NCBI GenBank assembly: GCA_050950825.1
Contig: JBMNIH010000004.1
Span: 664,479-728,478, forward strand
Length of the DNA: 64,000 bases
Reading direction: 5' to 3'
Origin: Clostridia bacterium
GTDB lineage: Bacteria > Bacillota > Clostridia > JAAYHZ01
Below, piece by piece: positions 18,958 through 27,346 of this stretch. A program made the position numbers and the translations under genes. Below the pieces are notes generated by a model, which saw only the letters and a program-made list of their open reading frames with translations, had not been told where the DNA came from and searched no databases. The number at the start of each line of letters is the position of its first letter. The stretch's first letter is position 1.

Positions 18958-20076
18958 ATGATTATAAAAGAAGTAAAGGGTAAAACCGGCATTAAGGAAT
19001 TTATACGGGTGCCTTATCGCATATACGGATCGAATGACAAAAAGGTTTTCTCTATAGAGCTTCTCCAAAAAGGAACACTATTAGGGAAAAACAATCCGTT
19101 GCTTCGAGAAAATCCGCATAAATTCTTTATCGTATACGATGATAAAGGCAATCCTGTCGGCCGAATATTGGCAGGAGTCAATGAAAAATTAAATAAGGAA
19201 AAAAATCAAAACATCGGTTTTATCAGTTTGTTTGAAAGCATAAACGATAAGTCCGTTGCGTTTTTACTCTTTGACGAAGCGTTAAAGTATCTAAAAAAGA
19301 AAGGAGTTGATTTGGTAAAAGGTCCCGCTTCACCGACAGAAGGAGATGAAGACAGGGGGCTTTTAATTGAAGGATTCGAATATACTCCGACGATCATGAA
19401 TGTCTACAACCCTCCTTACTACGTAGACTTTTTCGAGGAGTACGGTTTTCAAAAGGATACCGATTTTTATGCATTTTTGATAACCCGACAGGAAATGAAT
19501 ATCGAAAGATGCGAGAGAGCCGTACCTTATGCGATGGAGAAATTTCACTTCCGTATCGATCCGCTCGATATGAAAAATTTAAAAAAAGAAGTGAAAGACA
19601 TTCATGAAGTGATCGTCAATTCGATGCCGAAAACATGGACCCATTTGTCGGTACCGGATGAGGGATCCATCTTAACAACGTTTAAGAAACTAAAATTTTT
19701 TATCGATGAATCTCTTGTATATATCGCCCGAAGCAACGACCGTCCGATAGGTTTCGTAGCGGCGATACCGGATTACAACCGGATTATCATTAAGCTGAAA
19801 GGAAAGCTAACCTTAAAAGGAGTTTTCTATTTACTCAAAGAACGAAAGAATATCGATGCAATGAGAATCTTTCTGCAGTTCGTTGTTCCGGAGTTCCAGA
19901 ACAAGGGAGTGAACAGCGCCATGTTTTATCGGCTGATGCTGGAGGCCGAAAAGAAAGGCTACATATGGGGAGAAGGTTCTACGGTAGCGGAGTTTAACGA
20001 AGCAAGTATCCGTAGCATCCTGGGGATAGGCGGAAAACTGTATAAAACGTATCGAGTATATCAAAAACCTCTTTAA
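18958..20076 (+). CDS. Tandem GNAT-fold acyltransferase, YghO / bacterial ceramide synthase (bCerS)-like
   Basis: Motif series FIxxPYxIY, NP, VGRI, FES, KGP, GLLIEGF, YNPPYY, GFQKxxD, PDYN and VVPEFQNKGV (acyl-CoA motif A). Length 372 aa. Confidence 0.7.
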   Translation: MIIKEVKGKTGIKEFIRVPYRIYGSNDKKVFSIELLQKGTLLGKNNPLLRENPHKFFIVYDDKGNPVGRILAGVNEKLNKEKNQNIGFISLFESINDKSVAFLLFDEALKYLKKKGVDLVKGPASPTEGDEDRGLLIEGFEYTPTIMNVYNPPYYVDFFEEYGFQKDTDFYAFLITRQEMNIERCERAVPYAMEKFHFRIDPLDMKNLKKEVKDIHEVIVNSMPKTWTHLSVPDEGSILTTFKKLKFFIDESLVYIARSNDRPIGFVAAIPDYNRIIIKLKGKLTLKGVFYLLKERKNIDAMRIFLQFVVPEFQNKGVNSAMFYRLMLEAEKKGYIWGEGSTVAEFNEASIRSILGIGGKLYKTYRVYQKPL

Positions 20077-20125
20077 AAGGAGACAAGATAGCGCCTCGAC
20101 GAGTTCATACGGTTAAAAATTTCGC

Positions 20126-20154
20126 TTGATAAGATAAGAAAAATACTGTATTAT
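20126..20154 (+). promoter_or_regulatory. Sigma-A promoter of the glycan-uptake operon
   Basis: TTGATA-17 bp-TATTAT, giving a leader of about 180 nt. Confidence 0.6.
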
Positions 20155-20339
20155 ATAACAGTGGTGTGCGTTTCTTTATAACCTTTTGGATGTAAAACAA
20201 AGGTCGTGTATTACAACAAAGTCATGGAAGTAATATTTCAGGTCGCTTAGGAAATGTTGCTAGGAATTATTTATTTTTTATCTCTTAGGCCTATAAAGCC
20301 TGTTGTAAATTATTATTTGAACGAGGGGGAGAGTGTTGA

Positions 20340-23336
20340 TTGATGAGGTTCAGGCGTTTTAAACAAATGTTAGCTTGGATTCTTGCATTGTCCGTTCTGG
20401 TGTCAATGATGTTTGTCTCAACCGCTTTTGCCGACGACGGTAAACAAGGGTTGACGTTGAGAGAAAAATTCGGTGACAAAACAACATCCGGATATAAGAT
20501 TGACTTCTATGAAGACAACATCATTTACTATTGGGACGTACTGGCAGAGTATGCTGACAAAGGTTATCAGCCTACGGAAGGTATAACGATTGAAATACCC
20601 GCTGCGGAGAATTTCAAATCGAGTATACCTGTCGATCAAGTACCCATTTGGGACGAACTCGGAGGAAAAAAGGGTAAGTTTCTGATATGGGAAAATGATG
20701 TACAATGGATGGAGTGGACTTTTGAAGTCGAAACTCCGGGATTATATAATATAGAAGTAGACTACTATCCGTTAGTGGATTCAAAATCTTCCGTTGCAAG
20801 AGACGTACTTATTGACGGAGTGGAAACCTTTACGGAAATGAAAGGAATTAAGTTCCCCAGATTCTTTAAAGATAAGGGGGAACCGAGGATCAATCCTTTA
20901 GGCGACGAAGTGAAGCCCGGCCAAGTCGAAATTCATGAATGGAATTCCATTCGTCTCGAAGACGTTAACGGTACCTATGCCGATCCTTTGATGTTCTACT
21001 TATCTAAGGGAACTCATACGGTTCGTTTTGTCTTTGCAGACCAACCGGTCGCATTTGATAAGATCCGTATAGTGTCTCCGTTGAAATTACCGACCTACGA
21101 AGAAATTCTTAAAGAATACAAGGCAAAAGGACTGAAGAACGCTTCATCTACTATAAAATTCCAAGCAGAGGACCACGTTGTTAAAAAGTCCGATACGACT
21201 TTGGTGTTGCTGGGTAACCAAGACCCGACAAACGAACCGTATAACTTGGAAAGAATTATCATGAACTCCATTGGCGGATGGCAATGGCGCTATGGTAACC
21301 AAGAAATCATATTTGAATTTGATGTGGAAGAGGAAGGATTATACCAAATTGCTCTTCGTTCACAACAAGTTTGGAACGACGGTCTTCCTTCTTACAGACA
21401 AATAAAGATTAACGGTGAAGTTCCCTTTGAAGAAATGAACTGCTACCGTTTCCCGTATGACAAAGATTGGCAGCTGATAACGTTATCGGATGCCGACGGA
21501 AATCCTTATTTATTCCATTTGAAAAAAGGAAAGAACACCATATCGTTGAAAGTCAAATTGGGTGAAGTGGGTCAAACCATAGCCGATTTGACGGACGACT
21601 CTTTCTTCCTTTCGGTTATCCTGCAAAAGATCTTCTTGATCGCCGGAGCCGAACCCGACGTAAACTACGACTACCAATTTGAAAAGAAGATTCCGGATTT
21701 AGTGCCGAACCTTACAATGTTAAGAGATAAGTTGATCAAACATTCCGATTTCTTGCTGAGCATTTCTTCAAAGAAATCGAGTATTGTCGATAGCCTTAAC
21801 ATGGCACGCAACTATATCGAACGTATTCTGAAAGATCCGGATGATTTGGTTCGCCAACTCGACGGTCTCACGGTAGCACAGAACTCGATGAGCAGCGCTA
21901 TATTAAGCTTGCAGCAACAACCGTTGACCCTCGATTATATTTATGTTGCAAATCCGGATGAAAAATTAGTTAATAAAAAATCAAACGTCTTCCAGAAGCT
22001 GATTGTTACTTGGGAAAACTTCTTGCGTTCTTTCCGAGTGGATTATGACAACGTCGGCGGAGTTATGGAGGGAGACTACGAAGTTATTAAGGTTTGGATT
22101 TCCAGAGGTCGTGAATGGTCCGAAGCCATCAAAGCGATGGTTGACGAACAGTTTACCGAACAATCCAATATCGCCGTCAGCATGAACGTTCTGCCCGCAT
22201 CGCAGTTGAATGCAGGTGCCGTTAACGTATTGCTTCTTTCCATGCATTCCGGTACCGCTCCGGATGTCGGACTCGGTGTTGCCGCATCCTCACCGGTTGA
22301 ATTCGCTATTCGTGATGCGGTTGTGGACCTGTCGAAATTCGATGATTTTGATGAAGTTGCATCGAGATTCTTGCCTCAGCTGATGGTGCCCTTCCAATAC
22401 AGAGGCGGATATTACGCCGTTCCCGAGACCATGAACTTTAAGCTCATGTTCTATCGTGCGGATATAGTGCAAGAAATGAACCTGAAAATACCGAACACGT
22501 GGGAAGAGCTTTGTTTGGATACATTACCTGAACTGTACAGAAACAACATGCAATTTGCATTTGGAGCCGATTTTACGCCTTTCTTGTTCCAAAGCGGTGC
22601 TTCCTACTACAACGAAGCGGGAACCAAGTCCGCATTGGATACGCCTGAAGCTTACAACGCATTTTTGAAGTATACTTCGCTGTATACCACTTACGGTATG
22701 CCTGCCGTTCAGGAAAGCTTCTATACGAAGATTCGTTCCGGTCAAATGCCCATGGGTATTTCAAGCTATCCGTTCTACATTCAATTGGCAACGGCTGCAC
22801 CGGAATTAAAGGGTAAATGGGGAGTTGCTCCGGTTCCCGGAACAATGAAAGAAGACGGAACCATCGACCGATCCATCGGCGGTATCATTGACACGGCCGG
22901 TATTATTGTCTCCCAATCCACGAAACAAGAAGCCGCATGGGAATTCTTGAAATGGTGGACATCGAGAGATGTACAAATTGATTTCGGTAATGAAATCGAG
23001 TCTCTGATCGGTGCGGAAGCAAAATGGAATTCGGCAAATCTGGATGCCTTCCGAAACATGGGATGGCAACGTGAGCATCTTGCCGTTATAGAAGAACAAT
23101 GGAAATGGTATAAAGAAATTCCCATCGTCTTAGGCGGATACTTCACCTCGAGACATATGGTGAATGCTTGGACCGACGTTGTTTTAGAAGACGTAACTCC
23201 CAGAGAAGCTTTGGAAGAAGCCGTTAAGCAAATTAATAAAGAATTAAGAGTAAAACAAGAAGAATACGGTGTAAATGCTGCTGAAGAAGAAGCAAGGGTT
23301 GCCGCTGAAAAGCAGAAGCAGAAGGGAAGTGAATAA
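20340..23336 (+). CDS. Giant secreted sugar-binding protein: two CBM6/35-like beta-sandwich domains plus a C-terminal CUT1 solute-binding domain
   Basis: Sec signal (AFA|DD). Repeated WTFEVETPGLYNI / FEFDVEEEGLYQI and YLSKGTHTV / HLKKGKNTI modules. SBP motifs APDV, FYRADI, PNTWEEL, GKWGVAPVPG and AAWEFLKWWTS. Confidence 0.85.
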   Translation: MMRFRRFKQMLAWILALSVLVSMMFVSTAFADDGKQGLTLREKFGDKTTSGYKIDFYEDNIIYYWDVLAEYADKGYQPTEGITIEIPAAENFKSSIPVDQVPIWDELGGKKGKFLIWENDVQWMEWTFEVETPGLYNIEVDYYPLVDSKSSVARDVLIDGVETFTEMKGIKFPRFFKDKGEPRINPLGDEVKPGQVEIHEWNSIRLEDVNGTYADPLMFYLSKGTHTVRFVFADQPVAFDKIRIVSPLKLPTYEEILKEYKAKGLKNASSTIKFQAEDHVVKKSDTTLVLLGNQDPTNEPYNLERIIMNSIGGWQWRYGNQEIIFEFDVEEEGLYQIALRSQQVWNDGLPSYRQIKINGEVPFEEMNCYRFPYDKDWQLITLSDADGNPYLFHLKKGKNTISLKVKLGEVGQTIADLTDDSFFLSVILQKIFLIAGAEPDVNYDYQFEKKIPDLVPNLTMLRDKLIKHSDFLLSISSKKSSIVDSLNMARNYIERILKDPDDLVRQLDGLTVAQNSMSSAILSLQQQPLTLDYIYVANPDEKLVNKKSNVFQKLIVTWENFLRSFRVDYDNVGGVMEGDYEVIKVWISRGREWSEAIKAMVDEQFTEQSNIAVSMNVLPASQLNAGAVNVLLLSMHSGTAPDVGLGVAASSPVEFAIRDAVVDLSKFDDFDEVASRFLPQLMVPFQYRGGYYAVPETMNFKLMFYRADIVQEMNLKIPNTWEELCLDTLPELYRNNMQFAFGADFTPFLFQSGASYYNEAGTKSALDTPEAYNAFLKYTSLYTTYGMPAVQESFYTKIRSGQMPMGISSYPFYIQLATAAPELKGKWGVAPVPGTMKEDGTIDRSIGGIIDTAGIIVSQSTKQEAAWEFLKWWTSRDVQIDFGNEIESLIGAEAKWNSANLDAFRNMGWQREHLAVIEEQWKWYKEIPIVLGGYFTSRHMVNAWTDVVLEDVTPREALEEAVKQINKELRVKQEEYGVNAAEEEARVAAEKQKQKGSE

Positions 23337-23339
23337 TTT

Positions 23340-24284
23340 ATGCAGAGCGCTACTGAGATTAAAAGACAAAGTCTGAAGGGCTTTGAAAAGTTTAAGTTTT
23401 CAACAACATTATGGTGGAAGAAATTCGGAACGCCTACACTGTTCTTAGCGCCTTTCCTTATACTCATGATCATCTTTATCGTTATGCCGGTTTTGATATC
23501 CATGTACTTAAGCTTAACGAACTTTAACATGATTCAGCCGGCGAAATGGATGGGTATTGCAAATTACAGAGTGTTATTGACCGATGACGATATATTCTTA
23601 ATTGCTTTGAAAAACACTTTCATATTTGCAGGTATAACCGGTCCTTTAACCTATATCATGACGTTTTTGGCCGCATGGGTCATAGACCAATTGAAATTCA
23701 GAAATGCTTTTGCTTTGGCGTTCTATGCTCCTTCGATCACGAATGCCATCGCGATGTCAGTTGTATGGATGATGCTGTTTTCCAGCGACCGTTACGGATA
23801 CATTAACTACGCATTGTTCCATTTCGGTGTAATCACGGAACCCGTATTATGGACGAAGGACCCTGCTTACATCTTGTGGGTTGTTATCATAATTCAAGTA
23901 TGGATGAGTATGGGAAGCGGATTCTTGGTTGTGTTGGCAGGTTTGAGAAATTTACCGCCCGCATTGTTTGAAGCCGGTTCCATCGACGGTATAAAAAACA
24001 GATTCCAAGAATTGTGGTATCTGATTATACCGAACGTAATGCCCCAGTTGCTATTCTCTGCTATTATGACGATCGTTTCATCCTTGAGTGTATTTGATGT
24101 ACCGACTCAAGTAGCAGGAATGCCTAGTCCGAACTACTCGGCACATACCATTATTGCTCACCTTTACGACTATGCATTCATTCGATTCCAGATGGGATAT
24201 GCATCGGCAATCGCTGTATTCCTATTCCTATTATCGTTTACACTAAGCCGGATATCCTTTAAGGTATTCGCACCGAGGGATTAG
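23340..24284 (+). CDS. Carbohydrate ABC transporter permease (MalF/UgpA-like)
   Basis: 6 TMs. EAA loop LFEAGSIDG. MGYASAIA motif. Confidence 0.93.
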   Translation: MQSATEIKRQSLKGFEKFKFSTTLWWKKFGTPTLFLAPFLILMIIFIVMPVLISMYLSLTNFNMIQPAKWMGIANYRVLLTDDDIFLIALKNTFIFAGITGPLTYIMTFLAAWVIDQLKFRNAFALAFYAPSITNAIAMSVVWMMLFSSDRYGYINYALFHFGVITEPVLWTKDPAYILWVVIIIQVWMSMGSGFLVVLAGLRNLPPALFEAGSIDGIKNRFQELWYLIIPNVMPQLLFSAIMTIVSSLSVFDVPTQVAGMPSPNYSAHTIIAHLYDYAFIRFQMGYASAIAVFLFLLSFTLSRISFKVFAPRD

Positions 24285-24305
24285 TACAGAAAGGGGATTT
24301 AGTTC

Positions 24306-25196
24306 ATGAGAACAAATAACAGTGCTTTTGAAATAATTAACGGTAAATTCCATATTAACTTCAGATGGCTGTTAGTCTATACCATTATGTTAGCCTTAGT
24401 GGCCTTTACGGCTCTGCCATTGGTTTATTTGGTAAGTACCGCATTCAAACCGTTTGAGGAACTGTTCTTGTTCCCTCCTAGGTTTTTTGTAAGAAGACCG
24501 ACATTGAAGAATTTCGGAGACTTGGTTATCTCGCTCTCCGGTACGACGGTACCTTTTACAAGATATATATTTAACAGTGTATTTATTACCATAGTTAACG
24601 TGACATTGACCATTTTGGTATCGAGCATGGGTGCTTATGCGATTTCGAAGCATAATATTCCCGGTTCTAAAATCGTGTTCGGTATCGTTATTGCAGCTTT
24701 GACATTCCCCGGCCATGTTACCTCGATACCGACCTATATGACGGTCGCTTCATTAGGATTATTAAATACATACTGGGCGTTGATTATACCCAAGATTGCC
24801 GTTCCGTATAACTTCTTCCTAATGAAACAGTTTATCGATCAGTTTCCAAACGAATTATTGGAATCTGCCCGTATGGACGGAGCGAACGAGTGGACAACTT
24901 TCTGGAAGATAGTTATGCCTGCTGTCAAACCTGCTTGGGCAACCTTGCTTGTGCTCTCTTTTACAGGGAACTGGAATGACTCGTCAGCCGCTTTGCTTTA
25001 CACCAATAAGCAGGCCATGAAGGTATTGCCTTTGGCATTACAGACAATCGCCGGCGGTGCGGCAGCTTCTTCGCTGGCTCGTGCCGGTGCTTCCGCTGCA
25101 GCTTCATTCTTAATGACAGCGCCGACTATCATCATTTTCGTTACCATGCAAGCTCAGGTTATGACGACTATGGCATATTCCGGTATTAAATCTTAA
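24306..25196 (+). CDS. Carbohydrate ABC transporter permease (MalG/UgpE-like)
   Basis: EAA loop ELLESARMDGA. 6 TMs. Confidence 0.93.
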   Translation: MRTNNSAFEIINGKFHINFRWLLVYTIMLALVAFTALPLVYLVSTAFKPFEELFLFPPRFFVRRPTLKNFGDLVISLSGTTVPFTRYIFNSVFITIVNVTLTILVSSMGAYAISKHNIPGSKIVFGIVIAALTFPGHVTSIPTYMTVASLGLLNTYWALIIPKIAVPYNFFLMKQFIDQFPNELLESARMDGANEWTTFWKIVMPAVKPAWATLLVLSFTGNWNDSSAALLYTNKQAMKVLPLALQTIAGGAAASSLARAGASAAASFLMTAPTIIIFVTMQAQVMTTMAYSGIKS

Positions 25197-25218
25197 TTTG
25201 AGAAAAGGAGTAATTAAA

Positions 25219-26688
25219 ATGAGTAAAAAGAGATTGAAATTTGCAAAAATAACCTTGTTCTCAATATTGTCTATCGTTTTGATATTTACATCAATACCTG
25301 TTGCTAATGCCGACTTCATTTTCAAGCTTGAGGGTGGTGTAAGGCGCGCTAATATTCCACAGCAATACACCGTACAAAATATCGTGAACGATTTGGGAGA
25401 AGAGTACGGATTTATGAATCTTCCGGAAGACATATTTATCGATAAGAAAGGTTTCATTTATATATGCGATACCGGAAATAACAGGATTATCGTTTTGAAT
25501 CCCGACTGTACGGTAAAAAATGTCATTACGGAAATCTATGATATTCCTTCCGAAGAAGTAGATCCGAGATATAAAGACCAGCCGACTACATTTAATCAGC
25601 CCTCCGGTATCTATGTAGATGAGTACGGCGACATATTCATTGCGGACACGATGAATGAACGTATCCTGCATATTGAACCGGACGGAAAGTGTATTGAAAT
25701 GTTTTGGGATCCGGAATCACAATTGCTGTATTCCATTGTCAGTGAATTTAAGCCTACAAAGCTATACGTAAACAATACGGGATATATCTATTTGATTAAA
25801 AGACACGATTTGATGAGCCTTGACGCCGATAACGAATTTAGAGGCTTGACGGCTTCCGGCGTAGTAGACTTTTCCATTACCCAATTGTTTGCACGTTTGT
25901 TCTATACCAAAACTCAGCGTGACAAGATGTTCAAACCCGCTCCTCCTGCATTTACAAACTTCATTATTCACGATGACGGTTTGATATATGCTACAACCCT
26001 TGACCAAAAGCGCGGCGAGATTAAGAGAATCAACTGGGTAGGTGAAAATACGTATCCTCAAAAGAAATACGGTCTGCAGGCGAGAACCATCGACACCATT
26101 AGAGATCCTTATTTCGTAGACGTTGCCGTTGACCAAGCCGGTATTATCTACGCTTTGGAAAAATACAACGGTTACATTTATCGATACGATCCGGAAGGAA
26201 ACATCTTAGGTGTATTCGGAGGTATCGGTGACGTTAAGGGAAGATTTAAAGAGCCCTCCAGTATGGCGGTAGACAGCTACGGAAACGTTTATGTATTGGA
26301 TAAGACTGCGAACAACTTGCAGGTCCTGCAGCCTACCGGGTTTACCTTAAAAGTTACGGCAGCCGTTGAAATGTACCAGCAAGGCTTGTACGAAGAGTCC
26401 TTTGACCTTTGGAAAGAAGTTCTTGACGTTGCAGGAAACTATTATGTTGCACATAAAGGTATCGCCAAAGCCTATTACAAAAAAGGCTTGTGGATCGAAG
26501 CCATGGATGCTTATGAAAAAGCCGGTGATGCCGCAGGATACTCCACGGCATTTAACGAGTATCGTCATGAAATCTTCCGCAACAATTTCGTACTGGTTAT
26601 TTTATGCGGTATTGCAATTATCGTAGTTGTTGTATGGATCTTGAGTCGCTTGAACTGGTTCAGCGAAGACGTTGTGGACTATTATTAA
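25219..26688 (+). CDS. Secreted, C-terminally anchored NHL-repeat beta-propeller + TPR protein
   Basis: Signal peptide (ANA|DF). NHL repeats (PEDIFID..IYICDTGNNRI, FNQPSGIYVD..IFIADT, FKEPSSMAVD). TPR-like helices and a C-terminal TM. ATG after SD AAGGAG. Confidence 0.85.
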   Translation: MSKKRLKFAKITLFSILSIVLIFTSIPVANADFIFKLEGGVRRANIPQQYTVQNIVNDLGEEYGFMNLPEDIFIDKKGFIYICDTGNNRIIVLNPDCTVKNVITEIYDIPSEEVDPRYKDQPTTFNQPSGIYVDEYGDIFIADTMNERILHIEPDGKCIEMFWDPESQLLYSIVSEFKPTKLYVNNTGYIYLIKRHDLMSLDADNEFRGLTASGVVDFSITQLFARLFYTKTQRDKMFKPAPPAFTNFIIHDDGLIYATTLDQKRGEIKRINWVGENTYPQKKYGLQARTIDTIRDPYFVDVAVDQAGIIYALEKYNGYIYRYDPEGNILGVFGGIGDVKGRFKEPSSMAVDSYGNVYVLDKTANNLQVLQPTGFTLKVTAAVEMYQQGLYEESFDLWKEVLDVAGNYYVAHKGIAKAYYKKGLWIEAMDAYEKAGDAAGYSTAFNEYRHEIFRNNFVLVILCGIAIIVVVVWILSRLNWFSEDVVDYY

Positions 26689-26707
26689 ACCAGGGGAGGT
26701 ATAATTT

Positions 26708-27334
26708 ATGTTTTGGTTACAAAGTATCATTGGGGTTATTTATCATCCTCTTGCTGCTTTCAGTGCCATCAAATACGATAGGGAAGATTTCAAATGGTGG
26801 CCGGCCGTTGTACTGTTGTTCTTAATCTTCCCGGTGAGAGTTATTTCGATATATATAACCCACTACCCGGTAGCGAGCTTGTTACCTATTCATGCGAATA
26901 TACCGCTGGAGCTGTTCAAGTTTTACGTTCCTTTGTTGAGCTGGATGGTGGTTTCTTTTGCCGTAACCTCGATTACGGACGGCGAATGCCATATGAGAGA
27001 AATCATAACAGCAACGGCATATTCCATGGTACCGTACATTGTATTTACTCTTCCCATAGCACTTTTGTCCCGCGTATTGTCCGTGACTGAAGTCGGATTC
27101 TACAATTTCTTAATCGGTGTTATTTGGGCATGGGTTGCGTTATTATTCATCATCAACGTTATGGTAATGAATTCGTATTCCTTAGGTAGAGCATTATTTA
27201 CGGTATTTTTAAACATCGTAGGTATAGCATTCCTATGGTGCATTATCTTACTGCTGTTGGCTTTGATTTCTCACTTTGCTACCTTTGTTGAGGACTTGGC
27301 ATTTGAGATTAAATATCTATTATTTAAGAGTTAA
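26708..27334 (+). CDS. Yip1-domain membrane protein
   Basis: IYHPLAAFSAIK N-terminal motif, 5 TMs, AYSMVPY motif. Confidence 0.8.
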   Translation: MFWLQSIIGVIYHPLAAFSAIKYDREDFKWWPAVVLLFLIFPVRVISIYITHYPVASLLPIHANIPLELFKFYVPLLSWMVVSFAVTSITDGECHMREIITATAYSMVPYIVFTLPIALLSRVLSVTEVGFYNFLIGVIWAWVALLFIINVMVMNSYSLGRALFTVFLNIVGIAFLWCIILLLLALISHFATFVEDLAFEIKYLLFKS

Positions 27335-27346
27335 GGAGGGAATTGG

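Noticed and set aside
22781-23530. 249-aa antisense ORF (and other long antisense ORFs such as 4698-5387 and 57486-58022)
   Set aside because: These are shadow ORFs opposite well-supported genes, with no recognisable motifs.
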